64,000 nucleotides of DNA from IMG/VR virus record IMGVR_UViG_3300020180_000011. One strand, given 5' to 3'. The notes under the pieces are model-generated. The model was not told where the DNA came from. It saw only the letters and a list, made by a program, of their open reading frames with translations, and did not search any database. Position numbers and translations under genes: made by a program. Each line of letters begins with the position of its first letter. Position 1 is the first letter of the stretch. The stretch is from an uncultured virus (IMG/VR IMGVR_UViG_3300020180_000011). Its lineage: Duplodnaviria > Heunggongvirae > Uroviricota > Caudoviricetes. This document shows positions 1-8,628 of this stretch, in pieces.

Positions 1-1
1 A

Positions 2-403
2 TTTGTAGATACTGAGGGTGTTATTGATACTACCGGATACGTCAGAGCTTTGTCTCGCAGGCAAACTGGCTTAGGTGCCCTAGCTGTAGGCGGGGTAGGT
101 GTAGGAGGAGGTCTTGCTTATAGAAAACTACAAAGCAACAAGAGCGAATTTGCTCAGCAACCAGAAAAGAAAAAAGGGCTAAGTAATGTGCAAAAAGTTG
201 GGCTGGGCTTAGGAGGTACTGCAGCTGCAGTTTCTACCGGAGCGTATATGCACAGACGAAACAGGCTTAAGTCTAGCGGCCCCGTAGATACCAATTGGGA
301 TAAGCTAGTTGATGAAAGTGCCGATTTGTTGAATAAAACAAAAAACATTCCTAAAACACGGGCAGCTAGAGTATTGAATAAAATAGATGACGTCTGGATG
401 TAA
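2..403 (+). CDS. Basic protein with two Gly-rich hydrophobic segments, AxF family (5' partial)
   Basis: Frame is open from the window edge (FVDTEGVIDTTGYVRALSRR...); GLGALAVGGVGVGGGLAY and GLGLGGTAAAVSTGAY separated by KSEFAQ. Confidence 0.75.
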   Translation, partial: FVDTEGVIDTTGYVRALSRRQTGLGALAVGGVGVGGGLAYRKLQSNKSEFAQQPEKKKGLSNVQKVGLGLGGTAAAVSTGAYMHRRNRLKSSGPVDTNWDKLVDESADLLNKTKNIPKTRAARVLNKIDDVWM

Positions 404-434
404 TCAAAACTAACGACAATTAAGCGTTTATCTG

Positions 435-492
435 TTGCTTAGACAATTTAATCTCGTTATATTAATTGCATAGATACAAATTCTATGCAATT
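435..492 (+). promoter_or_regulatory. Putative sigma70-like promoter with adjacent 11-bp perfect inverted repeat
   Basis: TTGCTT(435-440)-17 nt-TATATT(458-463), then AATTGCATAGA-N7-TCTATGCAATT (464-492), upstream of the head operon. Confidence 0.5.
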
Positions 493-515
493 TTATTAGT
501 GGGAAAGACTAATTT

Positions 516-896
516 ATGAAAAGTGGATATCGGCTTAAGGCGGCGACCGCTTATGCTAACTACTACTCTGATGTGCGCAACATGGCAGAGTTTGGTCGTA
601 TGCAAGGTGCTCGTGATGCCGTAGGTAACGCTGTCGGTGCTGTCACTCGTCCTTTGTTTGCTGGGGGTCGTCGTGCCTCTCGCGCCATTCAAAGCGGTGC
701 AAGACAAGTTGACGAAGCCATTATGGGCGGTGCTCAGGGTGCCATGAACAAAGCAGGTATGATGGGCCCTCAAACGGCTCGTCGTAAGCGTATGCTTGGT
801 TACGGGGGAGCTGCTGCTGCAGGCGCGGGTGTGGGTGCTGCAGGTTATGGTGGGTACAAACTAGCTACTCGTCCTGATGAAGAAGAGCAGTATTAA
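516..896 (+). CDS. Small basic Gly/Ala-rich putative head protein, AxF family
   Basis: YYSDVRNMAEFG near the N-terminus; C-terminal GYGGAAAAGAGVGAAGYGGY; directly upstream of scaffold. Confidence 0.75.
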   Translation: MKSGYRLKAATAYANYYSDVRNMAEFGRMQGARDAVGNAVGAVTRPLFAGGRRASRAIQSGARQVDEAIMGGAQGAMNKAGMMGPQTARRKRMLGYGGAAAAGAGVGAAGYGGYKLATRPDEEEQY

Positions 897-923
897 TCTG
901 ATTGATTAACTAGGACAAAAATT

Positions 924-1700
924 ATGGAAGAACTAAATCCACAAAATGCGTTCGGTGAACTGCTACTTGACGCTCTAGAAGCCCAATATGGCAGTTTGGA
1001 TGAAGGTATTGCTGCACTGATTCAATCAACTGGTCTTGAAGAAGATGAAGTGATTGCAATTGTGCAAGGTGAAGTGATTGTTGAAGATGAGACTTTGTTG
1101 TCTAGCATTTTGGAAGCATTTCCTGAAGCTGACGATGAGGACATGGAGCTTTTGATTTCTACGGCTACTGCTGTAGATGAAGAAGACCGCAATAGCTTGA
1201 TTCAAGCTATTGGCGATACAGAAGAAGATATGGAAGAAGGCGAAATGCCTGAAGAAATGCCAGAGGAAGCGTCTTACGGACGTAACCATCAAGGTGTAGC
1301 GCAGTTTTCTCAACAAGTTCAAAACTTGGAATATAAACTAGCTAACTTTGAGCGTACTGCTAATTTCTCACAAGCACTAAAAGAACTAGAAGTAGAAGCT
1401 TCTCGGTATGTGGATGCAGAATTGCTTCCTCCTTCCTACAAGGCTTTATTGATTGGTAACTTTACTGATGATGGTCAGCGAGTTGCTTGTTTTTCTACCG
1501 TCGCTAGCGAAAATGGTGTTGCTCCTGAAGTGATGCTGTTTGCTACTCGGTACGCGCTGGGTCTTCTAAAGGACGCTGCGGAGTTTGTGGAATTCCGCGA
1601 CTTTAGCGTATCTGATGAGGAATTTGCAATGGCTCAGTTTAGTGCAGGACATCAAGAGCAAGCTCAAGGTGACCTTTCTGCAATCTTTGGAGACTATTAA
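924..1700 (+). CDS. Putative capsid scaffolding protein
   Basis: Very acidic helical 258 aa, RBS AGGA, immediately before decoration and capsid genes; several AxF motifs. Confidence 0.6.
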   Translation: MEELNPQNAFGELLLDALEAQYGSLDEGIAALIQSTGLEEDEVIAIVQGEVIVEDETLLSSILEAFPEADDEDMELLISTATAVDEEDRNSLIQAIGDTEEDMEEGEMPEEMPEEASYGRNHQGVAQFSQQVQNLEYKLANFERTANFSQALKELEVEASRYVDAELLPPSYKALLIGNFTDDGQRVACFSTVASENGVAPEVMLFATRYALGLLKDAAEFVEFRDFSVSDEEFAMAQFSAGHQEQAQGDLSAIFGDY

Positions 1701-1708
1701 GGAGAAGT

Positions 1709-2605
1709 ATGACTTATTTACGAATCAAACGATTCAACGCAGGTAAGCCAATCCTTTTTGGTTTGAACGCAATGAAAGTGCCTTTCTCGGTAACGGCTAA
1801 GGCGGCTGACTTGCTCCCAGACTCAGAAGGACAAAAGGGTTTGCCAGAAGGAATGTTTATTGTAGGGACGGGAAGCGAAGTTCGTTTCTTGCCTCGTGCT
1901 CGTACGACTGCAGCTACTACTACTAGTGGTGGTACAGCTCGTAACGTGCCCCTGAAAGCACCATGCAACCAATTTAAGATTGGTGATGTGCTGTATGCTC
2001 AAGCTGGTTATGCGGAAGTAACATTTTCCGGTACGTTTGCAACGGGTAATACCTTTGTAGTTCGTGTTGGACAGACTTCTTATACTGGGACTGTCGGTGC
2101 TACGCAGACGGCTGCTGGCGCTATTGCTGCGTTTGTTACTGAACATGCTGCTGCTTTGCTAGTTGCAGGTACTACGGTATCTGCTAAAGGTAATGCATTG
2201 GTTGTGTTCTCTCAGCACTCTAACGCTATTGCTACCTTCAGCACTGCTCCTGCAGTTACGCTGTCTGTATCAACTACCGCTCCCGGTTTCTTAGGAGACA
2301 ATATTGCTCCTATTGGTACTATCTCAAGTATCTCTGCTCCTGCATCTAATGGTAATCGTACCGCTGTGTTGGATGCGGATGCTGCTTATGTAGTGCCTGT
2401 TGGTTGTGCAGTTGGTGTCTTGGTAGACAAGTATCTTGGTATTTATCCAGACCCACTGGATTTCACAGATACGCCTACTTTGCATGTGGCACCCATTCAA
2501 GGTGCAGATGGTGTTTACGAACAAAATCTGCCTTATATTGATGAATCCATCAAGAGGGCTTTGCCCTTGCTGAACATCAATGCTCATTTCTTTAAGTACG
2601 TGTAG
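1709..2605 (+). CDS. Putative head decoration protein
   Basis: Between scaffold and MCP, RBS AAGGAG, beta-rich Ala/Thr/Gly composition, C-terminal YEQNLP typical of decoration-like proteins. Confidence 0.55.
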   Translation: MTYLRIKRFNAGKPILFGLNAMKVPFSVTAKAADLLPDSEGQKGLPEGMFIVGTGSEVRFLPRARTTAATTTSGGTARNVPLKAPCNQFKIGDVLYAQAGYAEVTFSGTFATGNTFVVRVGQTSYTGTVGATQTAAGAIAAFVTEHAAALLVAGTTVSAKGNALVVFSQHSNAIATFSTAPAVTLSVSTTAPGFLGDNIAPIGTISSISAPASNGNRTAVLDADAAYVVPVGCAVGVLVDKYLGIYPDPLDFTDTPTLHVAPIQGADGVYEQNLPYIDESIKRALPLLNINAHFFKYV

Positions 2606-2613
2606 GAGATAAA

Positions 2614-3786
2614 ATGTCAAGTATCGAATCATGGCTGAAAGAACAACGTGTTGCACGTTCAGCCGACTGGCTAGCAGACCAAACGCTAACCAAACTCAAA
2701 GAACGTACTCGTCTGTTAGACCAGTACGTACCTATGAAAATGAAGGATGGCCGCGATTGGCTAGCCTACATTACGGAACAGATTGACCCAGTGGCATCAC
2801 TTGTTGCCCCTGGTGCAATTGTCCCATCGACCAAAAAAGGTCAATTTTCAAAAATCGACAGTAAGCTATTCAAGGCTGGTTTGCAGCATGAATGGACTGA
2901 AGATATCATGTGGCGGATGAAAGATGCTCAAGAATTTGCACGGGCAAAAGGCATCACCGTACAGAACATTCAAGTTGAGAGCGGCAAAGTACAAGTCGGT
3001 CAGGATAATTCCCTAGCCGAAACTATCTTTGGTACTCTAGCTAGCCTAGTGCGTGGACATATCAACCTGCTAGACTTTCTAGCTTGGCAAGTACTCCAGA
3101 CTGGCGCTATGGCATACAGTGACCCCCGCACTGGATTGGACATCAACCTAGATTGGAAGCCTGCTATCACGGCAAGCCATAATCACTTCCCTGCATTGTT
3201 CACTGACGTAACCCGTTATTGGACTGCACATGATACGGCTGATGGCCTGCAAGACTTGGTTGACATGCACTATGTCTACAAGTATGACAATGGTTGCTCT
3301 GCTGACTCTATCGCCATGAGCGAACAGTTGATGCATCAATTGCTTCGTCAAAAGAGCACCAAAGAAGCTGTAGTGTCTGCTATGACGGTTGGGTACAACA
3401 TCGTGGGTACTCCCAGCGTTGACCAACTTAATGAAGTGTTGACTCGACGGTTCTTGCCTCCTATTACTCTTGTTGACGACCATTTTGACATGGACAACAA
3501 CACGGGTATTGGTACTCCTACTCGTTTCCTTGACCCTACTCGCGTAGTGTTCTTGAAAAAAGGTATTGCGGAGCGTGTTCTAGGTGGAACGTTAGAAAAC
3601 AATGGCAAGGCAGGGATTTACCAGCGTACCTTTGAGAAATCCAAAGAGCCACCTCTTGATATCTCGACAACCGCTAGCCAAATGCTAATTGTTGCCCCTA
3701 GCATCTCTCGTTTGGGCATGAGCCGTAAAGTTACGACTCTTGTTATCCTAGAAGCTACTCAGAACCTAGCTGACTTTAGCCTGTAA
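2614..3786 (+). CDS. Major capsid protein (HK97 fold, lambda gpE-like)
   Basis: 390 aa, RBS AGGAG, motifs WQVLQTG, W...TADGLQDL and IAMS resemble the major capsid E family; followed by a terminator. Confidence 0.8.
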   Translation: MSSIESWLKEQRVARSADWLADQTLTKLKERTRLLDQYVPMKMKDGRDWLAYITEQIDPVASLVAPGAIVPSTKKGQFSKIDSKLFKAGLQHEWTEDIMWRMKDAQEFARAKGITVQNIQVESGKVQVGQDNSLAETIFGTLASLVRGHINLLDFLAWQVLQTGAMAYSDPRTGLDINLDWKPAITASHNHFPALFTDVTRYWTAHDTADGLQDLVDMHYVYKYDNGCSADSIAMSEQLMHQLLRQKSTKEAVVSAMTVGYNIVGTPSVDQLNEVLTRRFLPPITLVDDHFDMDNNTGIGTPTRFLDPTRVVFLKKGIAERVLGGTLENNGKAGIYQRTFEKSKEPPLDISTTASQMLIVAPSISRLGMSRKVTTLVILEATQNLADFSL

Positions 3787-3810
3787 AGGTTACTTGTTAC
3801 CCTAATAATT

Positions 3811-3842
3811 ATCCTCCACACTATACGTATGGAGGATTTTTT
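3811..3842 (+). terminator. Rho-independent terminator after MCP
   Basis: ATCCTCCA-N11-TGGAGGAT followed by a T run. Confidence 0.75.
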
Positions 3843-3849
3843 GTTGTAA

Positions 3850-3858
3850 TGATATAAT
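3850..3858 (+). promoter_or_regulatory. Extended -10 promoter candidate
   Basis: TGA-TATAAT just after the terminator, upstream of ORF 3892. Confidence 0.4.
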
Positions 3859-3891
3859 TATCTTATTGCTGACTTTATTTAAACTTACCCG

Positions 3892-4257
3892 ATGGATACT
3901 GCCGAAAATAAAGAACCTGGAAATATTAGAAAAGCGGTAGGTCTTGGGCTAGGACTAGGAGCGGTAGGAGTAGGTAGCTTAGCTTATATTAAAGGCAGAC
4001 AATCATCTAGAAAAGCAGCTGTAGATTTAATAATGGCTAGCTCTTCTTCTAAATCTGTGCCGTCTAAACTTGTTAAAGATTCAATGTTGTTAGACGGAGT
4101 TGGACAAATACAACGAGGAATAGGAGGAGCAACTGCGATACTAGGAGGCTACAGTGTGGCAAATAGCCTAAACAAAAAAGATAATAAAAACAATACTGAT
4201 TACAGTAGAAAAACTAATCGTTTGGTAAACTTTAGTCGCTATGTAGGATTGAATTAA
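3892..4257 (+). CDS. Basic protein with two Gly-rich hydrophobic segments, AxF family
   Basis: GLGLGLGAVGVGSLAY, GIGGATAILGGY, C-terminal TDYSRKTNRLVNFS. Confidence 0.8.
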   Translation: MDTAENKEPGNIRKAVGLGLGLGAVGVGSLAYIKGRQSSRKAAVDLIMASSSSKSVPSKLVKDSMLLDGVGQIQRGIGGATAILGGYSVANSLNKKDNKNNTDYSRKTNRLVNFSRYVGLN

Positions 4258-5487
4258 ATGAAGCTGTTACTGGCTAAACAAAAACCAGATATAGTGGATA
4301 GCATGTCTGCCCAGGAAAACACTAGTTTTCTTAACCCTAAAAATGATATTACAAAGTTAGGAAATCAAACTCAACTACTTACTATAGCAGGTGCAGGATT
4401 AGGGGGATTAGGCATATATAAGCAGGCAATGAAAAGTACTCAGGATGGCAAGATTAAGATGCCTCCTGACGCCATTAGACGAGCCACTAAACAAACTTTA
4501 GGAGTAACCGCATTGGGTGCTGCAGGCTTAGCGTTAAGTGCAGGATTTAGAGCCAAAGGTAGAGAGTTTTATAATATAGAGAATCCTGGCATAGACACCC
4601 GGCTATCCCCAATAGGCTACTATTCTACAAATTTGCGCTCGTTTGCTAACTTTAGAACCCAGGAACTTAAAGTAGATAATAAATTAGTAAATAAACTAGA
4701 GCTAACCCGCAAAGAAAAAGTGCTAGGAGTTGAGTCTCCCCAAGAGAGAGCAGCTCAAGGAGTAGCTATGGGAGGAGGGCTAGCTCTTGCGTATAAAATT
4801 AATGACAACAACTTAAAGCACAGTACTGCGGAAAGTTTATTGGAATTAAATCCTCGCTTGCAACAGAAGTTTGGAGACCAGTATGCTAATGTACTTAACT
4901 CTAAAAAGTATAAATTTGTTAGAGCACTAGAAAAGCATCCACTTACTGCAGCAATTCCGTTAGTAGCAGGAGTAGCTATAGCGGGAAATATTGGCAGGAA
5001 TGCCTTAAAAAATAGGGCACAAAAGAAGACTGATGAGTATCTAAATGCTTCTGGGGCTAATTTTAATCTAATTACGTCAGATGCTTATGCTTTAGGCAAT
5101 GTTACAGATGGGGAGAAACGATTACAAACTATGGGCTCAGTAGGATTAGGTGCAGGCGCAATTGGTGCGGTGCTATCCAGAAACGAGTATTACACTGATA
5201 AGATAGAAGCTGCGCCTGGTTATACCGCACAAAAACGTGCAGGAGCATCCGGTTTGCAGAACTTAGCAGAAAGAGATTTATCCATGCCTTTTAACTCCAA
5301 ATTGTTGCCCGGTAAAGTAGATAAGCTGTATAACCTAAAACGCAGGATAACTAAAAATGCTATGCCTTTAGCATCAGTAGCCGCTATTGGCACAGGCTTA
5401 GCTCTAAGTGGTAAAGCAGCTAACGATAGTTATCAAAGACACCTTCAAACTCAAGCACAGCTCTACGCTCAGGATAAACGGAAATAA
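4258..5487 (+). CDS. Three-module putative polyprotein, AxF family
   Basis: Three ~135-aa units, each with two Gly/Ala-rich hydrophobic segments, separated by ANF at residues 130-132 and 267-269. Confidence 0.8.
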   Translation: MKLLLAKQKPDIVDSMSAQENTSFLNPKNDITKLGNQTQLLTIAGAGLGGLGIYKQAMKSTQDGKIKMPPDAIRRATKQTLGVTALGAAGLALSAGFRAKGREFYNIENPGIDTRLSPIGYYSTNLRSFANFRTQELKVDNKLVNKLELTRKEKVLGVESPQERAAQGVAMGGGLALAYKINDNNLKHSTAESLLELNPRLQQKFGDQYANVLNSKKYKFVRALEKHPLTAAIPLVAGVAIAGNIGRNALKNRAQKKTDEYLNASGANFNLITSDAYALGNVTDGEKRLQTMGSVGLGAGAIGAVLSRNEYYTDKIEAAPGYTAQKRAGASGLQNLAERDLSMPFNSKLLPGKVDKLYNLKRRITKNAMPLASVAAIGTGLALSGKAANDSYQRHLQTQAQLYAQDKRK

Positions 5488-5982
5488 ATGAAGACATATA
5501 CTGTACTTATTGGTTACATATCTTTTAATGGTCAAACTATTCAACCCGGAGAATACACTGAGCTAGAGATTGATGTAGCAGAAGCCCGTAATAAAAGCCA
5601 GCTTGTAGAAACCGTAAATGTATTATCTAGTTTTTCTACCGAAGAAGTTGTCATTAAAGAAGTTAACCTGAAAACTGTGAGTGCTACTTCATTAGACACT
5701 GATACTATTAAAGATATTCATATTACACCTACTTTAGTTACACACAAAGTAAATAGTATTACTATCAATACAGCTACTCAAAAAGAATTAGAAGACTTAA
5801 AGTACGTAGCCGCTAAAACTGCTTCTCACGTAATTACTGAGCGAAACAAAAAGCAGTTTACTTCGTATGCTGATTTAAATCAGAGAGTACCTCTTAAATT
5901 CAAGAAGCAATGGGAAGATGTTGCAGTATTGGATTTTGAGTCTACAGTTAAAAAAGTACACTCTACGTTAAACTTTAGTTAA
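5488..5982 (+). CDS. Helix-hairpin-helix (ComEA-like) DNA-binding domain protein
   Basis: ITINTATQKELEDLKYVAAKTASHVITER...FTSYADL matches the ComEA/HHH_3 pattern. Confidence 0.7.
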   Translation: MKTYTVLIGYISFNGQTIQPGEYTELEIDVAEARNKSQLVETVNVLSSFSTEEVVIKEVNLKTVSATSLDTDTIKDIHITPTLVTHKVNSITINTATQKELEDLKYVAAKTASHVITERNKKQFTSYADLNQRVPLKFKKQWEDVAVLDFESTVKKVHSTLNFS

Positions 5983-6001
5983 TAAATACACATAATACAT
6001 C

Positions 6002-6424
6002 ATGAGTTTATTCCGTAGAGCTGGTTCTGGTATTGTTAATTTTGGTATTATTGATTCAGTTAAAGGTATCCCTCAATTTCTGGCAAATGATAAAGCTGAT
6101 ACAGAGTATTCTCTAGCTAAACTTAGGGCTATGCAAGCTAAAGGAGTTGAGCCTACTTTTGAAGATAGCTTTAGATTTTACCAAGAGGCTAAAAAGAAAA
6201 GAGAGAAGCTAGCTAAAAATAAGCAGGCTAGTTTTGGTGTTATTGAGGGCATCAAAGGGTTTGTAAAAACAAATCAAGATGATAACAAGGATATGAAAAC
6301 GGCTATAGCTAAGCTAAATCTAACCAAAGATAAATCTAAGGTAGATTACGTTACGTTAGCTAAAGAGTTTGAAAAAGCTAAAAAGAAAAGGATAGCAATG
6401 GAAGCCAAGAAAAGCAAGATGTAA
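6002..6424 (+). CDS. Lys-rich two-repeat protein, AxF family
   Basis: Internal duplication VNF-GIIDSVKG...AKL...AKKKR and ASF-GVIEGIKG...AKL...AKKKR. Confidence 0.8.
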   Translation: MSLFRRAGSGIVNFGIIDSVKGIPQFLANDKADTEYSLAKLRAMQAKGVEPTFEDSFRFYQEAKKKREKLAKNKQASFGVIEGIKGFVKTNQDDNKDMKTAIAKLNLTKDKSKVDYVTLAKEFEKAKKKRIAMEAKKSKM

Positions 6425-6427
6425 TCT

Positions 6428-6874
6428 ATGGAAAATCAATTATTTGACAAAGAATTACAAGACCAACCTTGGCGCAAATATTCTCCTGATGGCAAACGCA
6501 AACGTATGACAAACATTCCTTTTGGTGGAAAAATTAGTAAGCTGAAAGCTCAGGGCACCAAAGTTGTCCCAGTTGTTAGCAGTTTTTCATACATGGCAGA
6601 GTTTGCTTTAGTTCAGCCAACTAGGGTTAAAGGTAGTAAAAAACAAACTAATTATTTACCTTTTAATGATTACACTGCAGAGCAACGAGCTAATATGACT
6701 CCTGAAGAGCTACGTATTGCTGCAGAAAAACAGAAGAGACAGGACTCAGAGATTCGTCGTAAAGATGACAGCTCTAGACGCTCCGGCTATCGTACAATTC
6801 TTGATACAGTAGGAGAGGTTAGGGGCGGTAGCAGAGAGTTACGAGAATGGAACAGAGCACTTAAGTTTATTTAG
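6428..6874 (+). CDS. Basic protein, AxF family
   Basis: Arg/Lys-rich; central SSFSYMAEFA. Confidence 0.75.
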   Translation: MENQLFDKELQDQPWRKYSPDGKRKRMTNIPFGGKISKLKAQGTKVVPVVSSFSYMAEFALVQPTRVKGSKKQTNYLPFNDYTAEQRANMTPEELRIAAEKQKRQDSEIRRKDDSSRRSGYRTILDTVGEVRGGSRELREWNRALKFI

Positions 6875-6902
6875 ATACACCGGAAATACCTAAGAGTTAA
6901 TT

Positions 6903-7295
6903 ATGAATAACCAAGAAAACAGAGAACAGTCGGGCCCAGGATTTCTTAAGCCAGCAGCAGTAGCAGCAGGTTTAGCGGGTGTATACGTAGGAAACGAGGG
7001 ACGTAGACACGGCCAACGGCACACTGCCGGAGCTAAGTTAGCATCGGATTATTTAACTCAATACAAACCTAATCCTGCACTCGGAACCACCAAAGATATT
7101 AAAAATACGATAGCAGATTACACAACTAAAGGTAAAAAGTACAAGGGTCTGGGTCTGGCTGTAATGGCAGGCGGTGCAGCGTTAGCCGGATACGGAGTAC
7201 ACGGTATCTTGAACAGAAACAAACAACCGGACAATGCTAGTTATTCTGGATGTTCTTATAAGGTAGTTAATTTTAGCATTTTCAATGTTATCTAA
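6903..7295 (+). CDS. Basic protein with two Gly-rich hydrophobic segments, AxF family
   Basis: AAVAAGLAGVY, GLGLAVMAGGAALAGYG, C-terminal ASYSGCSYKVVNFS. Confidence 0.8.
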   Translation: MNNQENREQSGPGFLKPAAVAAGLAGVYVGNEGRRHGQRHTAGAKLASDYLTQYKPNPALGTTKDIKNTIADYTTKGKKYKGLGLAVMAGGAALAGYGVHGILNRNKQPDNASYSGCSYKVVNFSIFNVI

Positions 7296-7304
7296 CAGGC
7301 ATCA

Positions 7305-7979
7305 ATGACATTAATTTACGCAAAAATTGACAGCATCACTAAACGACTAGCAGGACGAATTACTGTTACTAGTGTGTATGGGACTGGTTTAACTGGTGTT
7401 ACCCAAACTGAGATAGGTCTAGACCTTATTGAGATTAGTGGTGCTGCTCAAGAAGAGTTTGTAGACATGTTTTTAGGTATGCTGTATGAGATGCCACTTA
7501 AGAGTGACCACGCATTTCTGCAGTCTATTGTAGAGAAGCTAATTGTTAGTGATGTAATCATGACTTACTTCCCTACATCTAGTGAGCTACCTGATAACAC
7601 AGATAACTTCTCATTGGTAATGCGTCAACAAGCACTGAATGATTTTCAATGCTTGTTTAATGGTTTAGGTATCTTTGTTCCTGGCGCTAACCAAGAGCTA
7701 TCTAATATTCAAAATGATGCTACTGCTGCACAGACTCAGAATAAAGCATTGATTCTTCGTAACGAGGTGCTGAAGCAGTTCATTGGATATGACTACAATG
7801 CAGATAGTGTATCTGACACTGATATTTTCAAGTTGAACACTAACCAATCTCCTAGCTTTTATACGATAGGTGACTGGGAAGCTATAGATGCTCAAGTCAG
7901 TGTGATTAATGGTATTAAGGTTAGACCTAGCCGTAGACCTCATGGAGGGGACTATTATGACATTAACTTTATTGACTGA
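7305..7979 (+). CDS. Putative head-tail adaptor/connector
   Basis: Position after the head genes; FVDMFLGMLYEMPL resembles the Mu gp36-like connector pattern. Confidence 0.5.
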   Translation: MTLIYAKIDSITKRLAGRITVTSVYGTGLTGVTQTEIGLDLIEISGAAQEEFVDMFLGMLYEMPLKSDHAFLQSIVEKLIVSDVIMTYFPTSSELPDNTDNFSLVMRQQALNDFQCLFNGLGIFVPGANQELSNIQNDATAAQTQNKALILRNEVLKQFIGYDYNADSVSDTDIFKLNTNQSPSFYTIGDWEAIDAQVSVINGIKVRPSRRPHGGDYYDINFID

Positions 7980-8137
7980 TGAGCATTAAAGAAGAGCTAT
8001 TTAACGAGATACTTAAGGCTATTAAAAAAGATATCCCTACTGAAATTAGCCGTAACACTGGAGTTAAGACTTTTATTGATAAGTCTACAGAAAACTTAGG
8101 CTTTAAGAAAATAACTAAGAATGGAATAGTTCCCTAG
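7979..8137 (+). CDS. Small hypothetical protein (52 aa)
   Basis: ATG overlaps the upstream TGA and the stop overlaps the next start; MSIKEELFNEILKAIKK...; not in the ORF track. Confidence 0.55.
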   Translation: MSIKEELFNEILKAIKKDIPTEISRNTGVKTFIDKSTENLGFKKITKNGIVP

Positions 8138-8628
8138 TGTATATACCGAACCCTAATTTCCTTGTAGATAATCCTACTGTAGATGAAGACACTGAGGATA
8201 TTGCTACCTACTTAAAGAATCAGATTAACAGCACATTTTACACAGCGCTTAACTATGATGTAGTCAAGACTCACAGGTCTTACTACGACATTGCTATACC
8301 CATTATTGACTTTCCATGTCTCAGAGTTTACAAGACCGCTAACACTGCTTATGCAGATTACTCTGTGTCTAACATTAGTCAATACACTATCAACTACATT
8401 ATTGCTTTTACCACCAAACAAGTAGTAGCAGACATTAGTGCATTTATTGGTAGAGATATTCTTAGGTTACTAGTCAATAGCTCATTAGAGTCTAACAGCA
8501 TCTTTCAGCTAGACACATCTTCGTTACCTACCCTAGAGTACGATACTTTCATAGCCCCTAACAATACAATATACAAATACACTAATATTAGTTTTAGTGC
8601 ATACACGGCACTAACAAATCAGATATGA
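8137..8628 (+). CDS. Putative neck/tail terminator-like protein, paralog 1
   Basis: Position in the neck region; DIAIPIIDFPCLRVYKT. Confidence 0.55.
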   Translation: MYIPNPNFLVDNPTVDEDTEDIATYLKNQINSTFYTALNYDVVKTHRSYYDIAIPIIDFPCLRVYKTANTAYADYSVSNISQYTINYIIAFTTKQVVADISAFIGRDILRLLVNSSLESNSIFQLDTSSLPTLEYDTFIAPNNTIYKYTNISFSAYTALTNQI

